From NCBI GenBank assembly GCA_965215195.1, contig CBDCDC010000001.1:736001-800000 (forward strand): a stretch of 64,000 nucleotides of DNA, written 5' to 3'. Origin of the DNA: Candidatus Latescibacterota bacterium. Its GTDB lineage: Bacteria > Latescibacterota > UBA2968 > UBA8231. Position 1 is the first letter of the stretch, and each line of letters starts with the position of its first letter. Under the pieces are notes generated by a model, which searched no databases, was not told the origin of the DNA, and saw only the letters and a program-made list of their open reading frames with translations. The position numbers were made by a program, and so were the translations under genes. Of the stretch, positions 9,770 through 20,197 are shown in pieces.

Positions 9770-10308
9770 TGGTCGCGACTCCTTTTGACTTGGCTATTAA
9801 CTCGTCCACGTCGATCCGCTCGGGTGGCGGCCTTAATATGGCGGCGGCACTGAGCACTCTTGAAGGCGTGGATTTCGTTGCTCTCGTTGACGGTGACAAT
9901 CACGGAGTACGCTTGCCTGATGGCCTCCGGGAGGTGGCGGCCAGCCGCCTCGGACTGAATCGCACGGCCCTTGTCCAGTTCGCCCTCGAGGATCGGCCGC
10001 CATTCTTGGTGCTTGCCGGTATCCGGGTCAACGCTGGCAAAGGAAATTGGCGATATTCTCCTCATATGGTACGGAAAGCGTCTTTGAGACGCCGGGCAAG
10101 CCCATTCGGACTGGCCACTAGGACCGTATTTGCCGCCGGTGATCTCCGCCAGCATGTAGCCGCGGCCGATGCCGTGTAGAAAGCGGAAGGCGTCGCGGAT
10201 GTTGCTCTTACCGCTGGCGTTTGCGCCTACGATTACGGTGAACGGGCCGATGCGGAGCGTTTCGTCGGCGAAATTCTTGAAATTCACGAGGCGAATCGAC
10301 GTAATCAT
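9766..10308 (-). pseudogene. Chimeric remnant: AAA_21/SMC-like ATPase N-terminus fused to DUF499 fragments
   Basis: MITSIRLVNFKNF...GANASGKSN with no Walker B; 9939-10045 duplicates 11430-11536 (SFASVDPDTGKHQEWRPILEGELDKGRAIQSEAAG). Confidence 0.75.
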
Positions 10309-10382
10309 CGGACTTTCTCCGGTTGACTATTTACTCGATACTCGCCTTCGATAGGCTCTAGTTCACGCTTATCCTCCGTGCG

Positions 10383-10685
10383 TTAGGTCTGCACAGCCTC
10401 GCGGTTCTTGAGTGTTGGTAGGGCTCTAATGCCCTCGCCTATCTTCTCTTCAGCAATCCGCAACTCATAGAGCTTCTGCAAATTCAGCCAGAACTCTGCA
10501 CTGGTATCGAAAAAATGAGCCAACCTCAGGGCCGTATCGCCAGTGATTGCACATCGCCCGTTGAGGATTTCGGTGATTCGGTTGGCGGGCACCTCAATCT
10601 GTCGTGCGAGTGATGCTGCGCTCATGTCGAGTTCTCTCAACTCCTCGGCGAGGTGTTCCCCTGGATGAATTGGGGGTATGGTCAT
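10383..10685 (-). CDS. higA: HigA (VapI-type) antitoxin
   Basis: IPPIHPGEHLAEEL...RITEILNGRCAITGDTALRLAHFFDTSAEFWLNLQKLYEL. Confidence 0.9.
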   Translation of the reverse strand: MTIPPIHPGEHLAEELRELDMSAASLARQIEVPANRITEILNGRCAITGDTALRLAHFFDTSAEFWLNLQKLYELRIAEEKIGEGIRALPTLKNREAVQT

Positions 10686-10696
10686 AACTGTTCTCC

Positions 10697-10982
10697 TTAG
10701 TGGTAGTCTACGATTTCCACGCTCGTTGGCCCTGAGTGTTCTCGTCGCCACTCGAAGCAGAGCCGCCATTGGTCGTTGATGCGGATGCTGTACTGGCCTT
10801 TTCGATCCCCTTTCAAGGTTTCAAAATGGTTGCCCGGCAATGCAGCCAAGTCCCTGAGTGAAGAGGCCGCCTCCAGTCGGTCAAATCTTCAGCCGTGCGG
10901 CGCGTTCGATGCCAGAGAAGGCCCTGACCCGCTTTCCGGCAGCGAAATTTCTGGTTCGCTTGTCGCGATAGCTAACGATCAT
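10697..10982 (-). pseudogene. higB: HigB toxin, frameshifted by 1 bp
   Basis: MIVSYRDKRT...ARLK, frameshift at about 10884, then DRLEAASSLRDLAALPGNHFETLKGDRKGQYSIRINDQWRLCFEW...VEIVDYH*. Confidence 0.85.
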
Positions 10983-11064
10983 TACACCCATCCAAGTTGA
11001 AGCTGCCGCTGTCTCGGCAAGGCACTTACGGGTCGTAGGGTTCACATGTTGCGAGAGCGACTCT

Positions 11065-12777
11065 TTAGCTGTCGCTTGCCAAATTTCCAACGGCCGCCGA
11101 CTGCGACGCAATTCCAGCGATCTCCGTCCAGCCGCCACCTAAATCACAGTAAGGGAGCGGGCCGAGGATGGCGTAGTGGAACTCGCCGTCGTCCGCGATG
11201 TCGCGCGGTCTTTCCGGCAGGTTGTGGACCTTTGCGCCGGCTGCGGACGCGCCCGAGGTGAGCGTCTTCTGTTTCTCGATGGCATGGATGATCTGTGATT
11301 CCACGAGAGTGGGCGGTACGTTGGCTGCTCCGAGCAGCACCATCAGTTCCTGCGTCAATGCCTTGTGCCCGATTGGCTGAGAACTCAAGAATACCGCAAT
11401 GACCGCCTGCTCCATTTCCCGGTGGTGGAGGCCAGCCGCCTCGGACTGAATCGCACGGCCCTTGTCCAGTTCGCCCTCGAGGATCGGCCGCCATTCTTGG
11501 TGCTTGCCGGTATCCGGGTCAACGCTGGCAAAGGAAGCGAGTTCACTTGCGGCTTCGGCTAGGTCACTTTTGCCCGGCTCGCTTAAAAGCACATTTGGCC
11601 CCACTAGCGGGCTCGCGTCCCACTTCTCGGCATCGCGCAGGGCAATGGCAAACGTCCGCAGGATGCCCCGGGTGCGCTGGAAGCCGTCGAGTTGGGTCCA
11701 GCGGGTGTAGAAGATCTCGGTGAGGTCCGGGTGAAAGGGATAGCTGCTCAGATAGCGTTTCTCCGCTTTTCCCCGCTCTTTCCGGGTTTGCTCGTCGAGT
11801 GCGGCGATGCTGCCTACCACCGAAGGGAAAACGCCCGGATCGCCAATCGACTCGGGCTTGAAAAAGCGACGCCGCAGCACCTCGGCCACGTCCTCCTTGC
11901 TCACCGGACTGGCGTCTTCTTCCATCTGGCGGCCAAAAATTTCGGACACGTCTCGCAGCAGTTCATTGCCAAAGGCGTCGTGTTTCCGCGGATCGGAGGC
12001 GAGCAGCGAGGCCACCATGGCGCAACGGTCCACTTTTACCACCGCTTGCGTGAGGTACTGGAAAAAGCTGATCAAGCGTCCGCGCGACTGCGGGGCGGTT
12101 TCGACCTGAGCGCGGATATACATCAATACCTCGTCGAGCAGCACCAGCGTCGAAAGGTCGTCTTGTTGCGGCTTTGACAGCAACTCCACCACGAGCGGTT
12201 CCGCTGGCGGGGTGTCGCGCTCGGCGTCTTTGCCGTCGGCGTGGATGAGCCGGAGGCCGTCCGCCCCGGCCAGTTGAAAGGCGAGAATGCTCCACGGCTG
12301 CTTGAGCATCCGGACGGTCCCAGCGGGACCCGGGGTCTCGACACCCTTCTCTAGGTCGATCTTGTCGAAGCACAGCGCCGCGACCCGGGCCTTGGGTGCC
12401 TTGAAGCCGATGTGCGCCTCGAACTCCCGCACGGCCGGCAGGTCGGGCAGGGCGGCGGGGTCGTGGACTAGGTGCCTGAGCGCGATGAGCGTATGGGTCT
12501 TGCCGCCGCCGTAGTTGACCGCGAGCTTCCGGTACGCCTTGTCGCTTTTGCCAGCTAAGCGCAGGGCCACGTCTTTAACCAGTTCCCGCAGATTGTAGGT
12601 GGGATAGGTGAGCGCGAAGAATTCGGCGGGATGTTCGTACACGGGCCGCTGGCCCTTCTGCATGATCACGTCGTACAAGTCGGCGGCGAACACGGCCAGC
12701 GAGAGCTCGCCGGTCTTCAGATCGTCGCGCAGTTGCACGACTTCGTGCCAAGGTTTATAGGGGAGCTTTCGCGTCAT
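11065..12777 (-). pseudogene. DUF499 AAA+ ATPase, C-terminally truncated
   Basis: KPWHEVVQLRDDL, FAADLYDV, FFALTYPT, NYGGGKTHTL, LLDEVL, SYPFHPDL, FQRTRGILR; ends at about 570 aa with a scrambled tail, shorter than typical family members. Confidence 0.8.
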
Positions 12778-12807
12778 GTCGTCCTCATTTGGGTTCATCA
12801 CAGGTAC

Positions 12808-13458
12808 TCAAGTAAGCTCTCGAACCTTCTCACGAAAGTAGCGAAAACTGGGCGATGCGTTACTCTCTACATCCATTTGCGGAGCGATCTTCTCGGACCA
12901 TGCTGATTTTTCCCTGCCGACTGCCTGCCATCCCTTGTTTTTAAGTGCCCTTGAGCCTCCCACGAATACTGCGTCGGCCAGAAGTTCCCACGTTCCGCAA
13001 GTCGAGTCGTTTTCGTAGCGATTCAGTACATCTTCCTTGGCCCTCGGATAAGCTGCCTTGATCGCAGGTATGTCGCCGAGCAGCCAAGCTTCACCTTCTT
13101 CTATGGCTATACAAAACCGGACCTTTGGTTTGGGGTTGCACGCATTCAGGACAGTCGAGAGTTATTGGCGCAATGTTTTCAGACACTTGTCATCGAGGTC
13201 GCAAACCAGAATCACCGCTGCTGAATAGTTGGCGGGGTAGTTGGCAAAGGTTTTTCCATACCCCCTGAGCAACATGGGAAGTCGGTCGAGCAAAAGGCGT
13301 TTGCTAGCATCGATACTACTCGTGAGGTGTTTAGGAATGCGGCCGATTCCTCGGTAGTGAATAACCTTGAATGTATGTTGAGCGCCGGTGATTTTCGGGA
13401 GCAGAATGTCGAGTGCCTTTTTGCCGGACTGGTCTTCGACGAGTACCTCAAAGTGCAT
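12808..13458 (-). pseudogene. DUF4276-family protein with an internal TAA
   Basis: MHFEVLVEDQSG...LVCDLDD...LRQ*LSTVLNAC...AIEEGEAWLLGD...SPSFRYFREKV; single in-frame stop at 13162-13164. Confidence 0.8.
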
Positions 13459-13462
13459 CCAA

Positions 13463-14755
13463 TTACCTCGCGTCGAAATAGTCGCTGTACCAGAGGCCGC
13501 CCAACGGCAACCCCTCCGCAACCATGTTGTTCACGATTGGATCGTCGCTCGCCCGACGGATGGTCGAAAAGCCGTCCGCGCCCTTTTCCAGAATCCAGAC
13601 TTCTTGCGGCTCTAACGAATCGACAAAGTACGGCTGGTGCGTAGTAGTAAAAACCTGCGATCCCTCTCTGCGGCTGGCGTGTTCGCGGAATTCGCTCGCC
13701 AGAGTCTCCAAGAGTTTGTGATACAGGCCGTTTTCCGGTTCTTCGATGCAGAGGAACGCGGGCGGTGTCGGGTCTTCGATCAGCAACAGATAGGCGAATA
13801 CCTTGAGCGTCCCGTCGGACACTTGCTGGGCGTAAAAGGGAGCCTGAAAGCCTTTGTCGTTGAACCGGAGTAGCAACCGGCCGTCACTGGTTCTTTCCGT
13901 GTCGATCTGATCTATGCCCGGAATTTTAGCGGCGATCTTTTTTAGAATAGATCGGAAACGCCGTGGATGTTCGCGCTCCATGAATTGCGCGAAATTGCCG
14001 AGGTTGTCGCCGTGGATATTGAGATGTTGCTGGGGACCGGCCAACGGCAGGCTGCGCGCCGCGTCCGGGGTGAAGTAGCTGAGATACCAGCCCTCGATGA
14101 AGCGGCGAAAAGCGGAGATGCGCGGGTGTTGCTTCAAGGCACCGAGCGTGGCAATGCCGAGCTTGCGCCGGTCTTCCAGTTCAATGATCTCGGCATCTTT
14201 GAACGCTTCCAGTTCTTTCGCTTCTATAATTGAGTTTACTAACGACATAGCAAACTCGGAAAGAGCGAAGCCTTCCGTTGTTATATTGACCTGACTACCC
14301 GTTTGGTTTCCCTTCCATGCCACACCTATGCCTCCACTGATCAAAAGGAACATAAGCGGTTGGTTATCTTCTCTGATTTCCTCCATAATTTCGCGCAACA
14401 CATAGGGACGCCCGAACTCGTCCGCCTCAATGGCGATCTCGTAGATAATGGGCCAGGCGTTTCCATGTTCTCTGTAGTACACATCGAACTCGATGGGGCC
14501 TGTTGCTCCCTGCGTCCGCATTTTCTCGAAGCCGCCGCGCCCCCGTGCGTCGCAGGCCTCCTCAACGCCAGACCTGAGCGCGTCGGCGAGGAAACCGAAC
14601 GCATCGAATAGGGCACTTTTTCCGACGCCATTTTTGCCGATTACCGCGGTCATGGGGGTGAGCGGCTGGTTTTGCTGTTGGTTCCACAGGCGGCCCAGAG
14701 TCACATCCTTGAGCACCTTGAAGTTTCTTACTCTGAAGCCTTCTATCTTGGCCAA
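13463..14755 (-). CDS. AAA_21 (AbiEii-like) ATPase
   Basis: GKNGVGKS, VSDGTLK, IEEPENGL, TTHQP. Confidence 0.85.
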   Translation of the reverse strand: MAKIEGFRVRNFKVLKDVTLGRLWNQQQNQPLTPMTAVIGKNGVGKSALFDAFGFLADALRSGVEEACDARGRGGFEKMRTQGATGPIEFDVYYREHGNAWPIIYEIAIEADEFGRPYVLREIMEEIREDNQPLMFLLISGGIGVAWKGNQTGSQVNITTEGFALSEFAMSLVNSIIEAKELEAFKDAEIIELEDRRKLGIATLGALKQHPRISAFRRFIEGWYLSYFTPDAARSLPLAGPQQHLNIHGDNLGNFAQFMEREHPRRFRSILKKIAAKIPGIDQIDTERTSDGRLLLRFNDKGFQAPFYAQQVSDGTLKVFAYLLLIEDPTPPAFLCIEEPENGLYHKLLETLASEFREHASRREGSQVFTTTHQPYFVDSLEPQEVWILEKGADGFSTIRRASDDPIVNNMVAEGLPLGGLWYSDYFDAR

Positions 14756-14765
14756 TTTGCAGTCC

Positions 14766-14985
14766 TTATGGGTAGGTGCTAAGAAGCCGTCCTATCACGC
14801 AGAGGCGGACGGAGGAGCCATTATCGATGCTGCATTTCATGGCGATTGCCTCCTTTGAATCGGAGTAACCCATTTGGGTAACTTGGGTTCGTAAATCGCA
14901 ATGATGATAAGCGTTGGTCGAGCTGTCGTGCAAACGGTATGAATGGCTCGCCCGGCCCGAGTAATACCGTATATCAAGCAACATG
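14766..14985 (-). pseudogene. Remnant of a DUF4258 toxin C-terminus plus the start of a YgiT/MqsA-type zinc-finger antitoxin
   Basis: Manual frame: CCLIYGITRAGRAIHTVCTTARPTLIIIAIYEPKLPKWVTPIQRRQSP*, overlapping (ATGA) with MKCSI at 14840. Confidence 0.55.
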
Positions 14986-15891
14986 CTCCCCTTCGATGTT
15001 GGGCGGCTCAATCTGCGGAACTCCCGCTTCATCAACCTCCAAGAGCTGTCGATGGCGCGGCTCATACTCCTCGTCCGGCTTCAGCGGCTCAAACTCGGCA
15101 TAAGTCGGATAGTACGCAGCCAATTCCTTGCGCGCCTCGGCCAGCACCCACCGGCCCCAAGCGCGCACGTGCCAAGCGAGATCCGCCTCGAGTATGGGAT
15201 CGTCCTGCTGCACGAGATCGAGTTGGATTTCGCCGCCATCGCCGTGGCCGAGCCGCTCCAAGAAGGTCCGCAGGCCGGCCCCCTTAAACCCCTTCGCCTT
15301 CAGGAACGCCTCCATGAATTCGCCGTTCTCCAACGCGAACTCGGGCAGCGGGCGGGTCTGAGCGGCGAGCTTCTGCGGATATTCGAGGGTACACTTGAGG
15401 ATGAACCAAGCCACCGGGTTGATGTCCATGGCGGTCACGTCGCAGCCGAGGCGCATCGCTTCGAGCGGAATGGCCCCGCCGCCGGCAAACGGGTCCAGCA
15501 CTTTGGGCGCACGGCCGCCATACGCCCTGCGGATCTCGTCGCGGAACCATTCGAGAGCCGGGCCGTTCTCGCGGCCCCAATGGAGGATGCCGCCGACCGT
15601 CTCCTCCTTCACCTTCTCGACCGTGCGGCCGTTCACGCGCTTGCGTTCAATCGTCTCGACGACGCGGCCGGCCATGCGCTCTAGGAGCGCCTTCCGCTCT
15701 TTGGGATCACCGGGGTCGGGAAGCAGCGTCGCGATCAGGGCGGCGCGGGATGCCGCGAGAGGTCGCCGCGCCGGCCATATATGCAGCGTCGAAATATGCC
15801 CGTGCCGCACGTTCTTCTCGTGGACGGAGTCGAGGGACGTCTGCTTGAGCGGGAAGGCGACTTCGATGAGGCGTTTGTCGTTTGGGGTCAT
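14974..15891 (-). pseudogene. DUF1156 adenine methyltransferase, N-terminal third only
   Basis: KRLIEVAFPL, HISTLHIWPARRPLAASRA, VLDPFAGGGAIPLEAMRLG, DINPVA; no DPPY catalytic motif. Confidence 0.8.
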
Positions 15892-16469
15892 GGTTGCCAG
15901 CCTTGAAACATGGTGCGGAGATCCGCTACAAAGTGCCTGAAAGACTTATCCAATCGTGTGGCGCGGTTGATATTTATCTGCTCTACAATGTCTTCCGCAT
16001 ATTCGATACCGCCAAGTCTAGGTATTGTTCCCGTGGCATAAATGGCCTCAATTAGCCGCTGTTTATAGCGCCCTCGATCGCATTTTTGATCGGGTGCATC
16101 GCAGCCTTTACCGAATACAGCCTTGAAGGCCGCGCCATCGAGCAGCAGCCAACGCTCAATATGTGGATCGGGAATGGCAAGGATCATGGGCGCGGGTTCA
16201 TCTCGGCCGACGATTTCCCGCGTACGCTCGTTCAGTCCTTTGCAATTGGCGTCGGTGGCGACGACGATCAGGGCGGGCCAAGGACTACCCTGCCGCTTCA
16301 GATCGCGCATGTAGAAGTTAAGCTCGGCGGTGACTTTGCCGTGGCCGCCGACTGCGACGCGCCATTTGAGTCGTACCTCGATATCGCACTCTACGGCGAC
16401 CCGCCGTACCAGCGCGCCGATGATTTGCTGATGCGCGTAGTCCTCGACGAAGAGCGCGATCTCACGCAT
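15888..16469 (-). CDS. DUF4276-like TOPRIM partner of the AAA_21 ATPase
   Basis: ALFVED, VVATDANC, PHIERWLLLD; overlaps the ATPase stop. Confidence 0.65.
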   Translation of the reverse strand: MREIALFVEDYAHQQIIGALVRRVAVECDIEVRLKWRVAVGGHGKVTAELNFYMRDLKRQGSPWPALIVVATDANCKGLNERTREIVGRDEPAPMILAIPDPHIERWLLLDGAAFKAVFGKGCDAPDQKCDRGRYKQRLIEAIYATGTIPRLGGIEYAEDIVEQININRATRLDKSFRHFVADLRTMFQGWQP

Positions 16470-17772
16470 CAAAGTCCCCTCTCAGAATGCGCTCGGATAC
16501 GGGGAGCGCCGCCTGTTGCTCCGAGAGCGCCTGATCGATATCACTGCGCCGTCCCAATGGTCCCCAAGTAGAAAACGGCTCAATTCGCGTCTTGCGGTTG
16601 ATCCGGTTCGTCACAAATAGGGAGCTGTCCGCGAGCAGATCGGGCAGGATCGGCGAGTGCGTGGTGACGATGTACTGCGTCTGTCGCAAGGTCTCCTGCG
16701 TTTTCAGCAATTCTGCGATCAACTGGATGCGGCGCGGGTGAACGCCGTTCTCTGGTTCCTCGAACCCGACCAGTGCCGGCGCGTCGTCAACGCCGGTCAA
16801 AGCCAGAAGCCCGAGCATCCGCAGCGTACCTTCGGACAGCACGCGGGCCGGTATCGCAACACCGCCTTCCTTGAGGCGCAGTTCGACCTCGCCGAGATCG
16901 CTCACCTCCACCTCAATGCCGTCAATGTTCGGCATCAGCGCATGTAACGCCTTTTCGACCCCCCTGAACTGCTTGGCATCGGTTGCCTTCATGGTGTTGA
17001 GGAAGGCGGCGAGTTCTTCGCCCATCAAGCCAATATGACGCACTTCCTTTACTGGATTGGCGGCGCGCATGCGTTCGCGCGGCTCAAAATAAAAGAACAG
17101 CCAGCTTTCCAATTCGCGCCGCGCCGCCGCCAAGTGGGGATAGTGCGGCGGATAATGCGGCATGGAGAGGATGCTATGATCGAGATAACGGTCGTAATAG
17201 GTGGGGTGCGCTTGTCCTTCGTGCCGCAGGTGGATTCTTTCGTCTTGCCGTTCGAGAAAGGGCTTGCGTCTACCCGTAGGCTCGCCCTTGCTGTTCAGGG
17301 CGGCTAGGTATTCGTCCGCCACGCGCAGGAGACCCGATCTGGGTAGCATCTCCACCTCGATGCGGTAGCGCAAGTCGCGTTCGCGGACGCGGGCGGGGAG
17401 TTTGCTTCTCTCTTTAGACTCGACCTCGCCGCTCGGACGACGCATTTCTAGGATCTGGCGATTGACGGTCTCGACGACTGCGTCCGACAAGTTCAGGTCG
17501 GCTTCAATCGAAAACGACAGCCGCTCCTGTTCGAGCAGCCCCTTGATGCCTTTTTGCCCGATGGTAAAGGACTCGAGCGGCTTGCCGCGATAGGGTGGAT
17601 CAAAAGCCTCTTTGAGCGTCCGGCTCGTCCCCAGCTTCGACAGCAATTGCAGGGCGTCGAGCAAATTGCTCTTACCAGCGGCATTTGGTCCGAACAGAAC
17701 CACGAGCTGGGACAGACGCACTTCGACATCTTCAAGAGACTTGTACCCTCGGATGTGTATGCGCTTCAGCAT
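16462..17772 (-). CDS. AAA_21 ATPase
   Basis: MLKRIHIRGYKSL, GPNAAGKSN, LSEGTLR, FEEPENGVHP, TTHSP. Confidence 0.85.
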   Translation of the reverse strand: MLKRIHIRGYKSLEDVEVRLSQLVVLFGPNAAGKSNLLDALQLLSKLGTSRTLKEAFDPPYRGKPLESFTIGQKGIKGLLEQERLSFSIEADLNLSDAVVETVNRQILEMRRPSGEVESKERSKLPARVRERDLRYRIEVEMLPRSGLLRVADEYLAALNSKGEPTGRRKPFLERQDERIHLRHEGQAHPTYYDRYLDHSILSMPHYPPHYPHLAAARRELESWLFFYFEPRERMRAANPVKEVRHIGLMGEELAAFLNTMKATDAKQFRGVEKALHALMPNIDGIEVEVSDLGEVELRLKEGGVAIPARVLSEGTLRMLGLLALTGVDDAPALVGFEEPENGVHPRRIQLIAELLKTQETLRQTQYIVTTHSPILPDLLADSSLFVTNRINRKTRIEPFSTWGPLGRRSDIDQALSEQQAALPVSERILRGDFDA

Positions 17773-17959
17773 GTTGGCGTCTCCATTGCCGTTGCGTTCC
17801 AATCAACTACTCTCAGCCCACATCGACGTCGCTGTCCTGCCGGACATTGACGCGGTTTCGCTACGATCCATGTGGGGGTTCTTTAGCTTGTCGCTTTTGT
17901 CGATCGCATTGCGAATAGCTTTGATGGCATATATCGGGGTGCCATTAGGTACCGCGCAG

Positions 17960-18187
17960 TTATTTGGTCCTCCGGGTACCCGCCGAGACCTCTGAGTGGC
18001 TTCTGGATACGTCCGCTGGAGCGCCTTGTTCAGCGGACCCTCTCAGAGCACGTAGATCCACAACGCGCTGACCTACCGGCCGCTTTCTGGTTTTGAGATG
18101 GGCAACAAGGGCCTCGATATCATACCCGTGTTCCTGCGCGATGCTGGCTTTGATCCGCCAAAGCTCCTTGATGATTTCGTCAGCCAT
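17960..18187 (-). CDS. Small protein downstream of the PIN toxin (putative antitoxin)
   Basis: MADEIIKELWRIKASIAQEHGYDIEAL; overlaps the PIN gene end. Confidence 0.55.
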   Translation of the reverse strand: MADEIIKELWRIKASIAQEHGYDIEALVAHLKTRKRPVGQRVVDLRALRGSAEQGAPADVSRSHSEVSAGTRRTK

Positions 18188-18674
18188 CTTCAAATACTCC
18201 CATAAGTTCTTGAGGGGTGCAGATTTCCGGACTGGTATATCCGTGTATGGTACAAACGCTTCGCACGATGGGTTTGGTTTCGGCATTATCAAGATGCCGA
18301 CAGTTCCAAGTCAGGAGATAGTCGACGCCATGTACGGCGGATACGGCAATATGAAGGGCATCATCCAAGGCCTTGGTCGGAAGAGCTCTCTCTTGGATAA
18401 GGGCTTTGGACAACTCGACCATGGCCTCTGTGATGGGCAATACGGGAATCACGGATAATGCCTCAAGGCGTCGCGCCGCCGCCTCGGGGGTGCCCTTTCC
18501 AGCTTCTTCAATCGCAACATCGGAGGTATAGAGGTCGAATCGCTTTCTCTGTGTTTCCCACCAGTCAACGGTGCTCTTTTGCCAGGCAGCCGCCAGCAGA
18601 TCGCTCGTAGGTCGAGCCGTTAGATATGACACGATCGAGGTCTCTACGTAAACTGTTTTCTTATCTATCGCCAT
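18180..18674 (-). CDS. PIN-domain (VapC-like) toxin
   Basis: VYVETSIVSYL, DDALHIAVSAVHGVDYLLTWNCRHL. Confidence 0.85.
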   Translation of the reverse strand: MAIDKKTVYVETSIVSYLTARPTSDLLAAAWQKSTVDWWETQRKRFDLYTSDVAIEEAGKGTPEAAARRLEALSVIPVLPITEAMVELSKALIQERALPTKALDDALHIAVSAVHGVDYLLTWNCRHLDNAETKPIVRSVCTIHGYTSPEICTPQELMGVFEDG

Positions 18675-18712
18675 TAGTTTTCCTTAGCCCTGCGATGCAC
18701 AAGTTCATACTC

Positions 18713-19010
18713 AGGTCGCGCATATAGAAGTTAAGCTCGGCGATGACTTTGCCGTGGCCGCCGACTGCGACGCTAGCGGTATTGCATTTCTCGGCGATCC
18801 GCTGTACCAGCGCACCGATGATTTGCTGATGCGCGTAGTCCTCGACGAAGAGCGCAATCTCACGCATCAAAGTCCCCTCTCAGAATGCGCTCGGATACGG
18901 GGAGCACCGCCTGTTGCTCCGAGAGCGCCTGATCGACGTCGCTGTCCTGCCGGACATTGACGCGGTTTCGCTACGATCCATGTGGGGGTTCTTTAGCTTG
19001 TCGCTTTTGT
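18713..19010 (-). repeat. Internally deleted duplicate of 16302-17899
   Basis: 18713-18937 matches 16302-16538 (with a small deletion); 18933-19009 matches 17822-17899; joined at the microhomology ATCGA. Confidence 0.8.
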
Positions 19011-19437
19011 TGCTTTGCTGTAACGCGGCTGTCGTACTCCCATGCTGCTCCTCCTTTCTCGATCTCGTCCCCAAGCTCTTGAGCCGCACGGCCGGCAGCT
19101 TCTTCAGTCGCTGGTTGAGCGGATCGACTTCTATACCGAGGGACTCCAGAGCCGTTACCCCGAGCAACGGCTCGGTGTCTGCTTCTCCGAAAAGAACCGT
19201 GCTTCCCACGATTTCTCCCATGAGTTCGATTCGTGCAATCGCAATGTCCATCTCGACTTCACTGCCATCGGCCAATAGGTACGTCCGCTGCGCTTCGGGT
19301 TTGAGGCCAATGGCCTCTAGGTGTTGTCGCGGGACCAAGCTGTCGGTCGCGCCTGTGTCAACTAGAAAAATCCCTTCCCAGCTTTTGTTTCGATCGGCCG
19401 GATTGCTGATGACTACGTTGGCGTTTACTGCACCCAT
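18880..19437 (-). CDS. Clan AA (retropepsin-like) aspartyl protease; C-terminus extended by a rearrangement
   Basis: FLVDTGATDS, PLLGVTALESLG. Confidence 0.8.
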   Translation of the reverse strand: MGAVNANVVISNPADRNKSWEGIFLVDTGATDSLVPRQHLEAIGLKPEAQRTYLLADGSEVEMDIAIARIELMGEIVGSTVLFGEADTEPLLGVTALESLGIEVDPLNQRLKKLPAVRLKSLGTRSRKEEQHGSTTAALQQSNKSDKLKNPHMDRSETASMSGRTATSIRRSRSNRRCSPYPSAF

Positions 19438-19498
19438 TTTCCAAGACCTCCATCCCACAATTTCCCCCATGAGTTCGATTCGTGCAATCGCGTCTGCG

Positions 19499-20152
19499 TC
19501 ACTCGGCGGCCTCTATAACAGCCCTTGGGGAGATGGTGTAAGCGATGGACTCGCGGCTCCTGACGAGCAGCTTGGCAAACGGATCGCGCACCCGCACCAA
19601 ACGCGGATGAGGCGTGGCGCAGTTGAAGACGACGTAGAGCCAGTACCCGTCGCGGAGATTGCAAGCCTTGGCCCATTCATTATCACTCATTTCAATGCCC
19701 CCGGAACCGGCCCGTCCCTTGACTTCTATGGCGCGTCGTTCCGCTCCGGCGCGGCGGGCGAGCAGATCGAAGCCCGGCCAGTCGGTTAGCCCGGCGCGCC
19801 GCGCCAGTTCGGGCCGCGAGACATCCTGCACCTCAGCACCCAAGCGCTCCTCGTAAGCGATAGCGACCTTCACGGCGATGGCTTCGACCTCGGCATCGTA
19901 GCACTCGGCCTGCGCGGAATCCTCGGCCGGCACCACGAGGGCGTGAACGAGGAACTCAACCGCACCGGGCCGGATGAAGTTTGGTTCGGCTTGCAGTTCG
20001 GCGAGGCGCTGGTTGCGGGAAGCCGTCAAGCTCCGCTGCCGTTCCTTGACCTTGGAAAGTTCCCCTTGGGCATACAGATCACCAGCGCGAGCCATTGCGC
20101 TAAGGCGGGATCGGGCGGCGGCCAGTTCGGCGGCCTGAAAGTCGAAGCCGCG
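19499..20152 (-). pseudogene. C-terminal DUF3883 nuclease fragment of an SNF2 helicase
   Basis: EVEAIAVKVAIAYEE, PGFDLLA, AIEVKGRA, MSDNEWAKACNLRDGYWLYVVFNC; helicase domains absent. Confidence 0.75.
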
Positions 20153-20197
20153 ACAACGGATGACATGCGCCTTGCTATCTCCGCCAATGCCGCCCCG

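Noticed and set aside
13162-13164. Stop-codon recoding in the DUF4276 gene
   Set aside because: The codon is TAA, which terminates many other genes here; a nonsense mutation in a decaying island is simpler.
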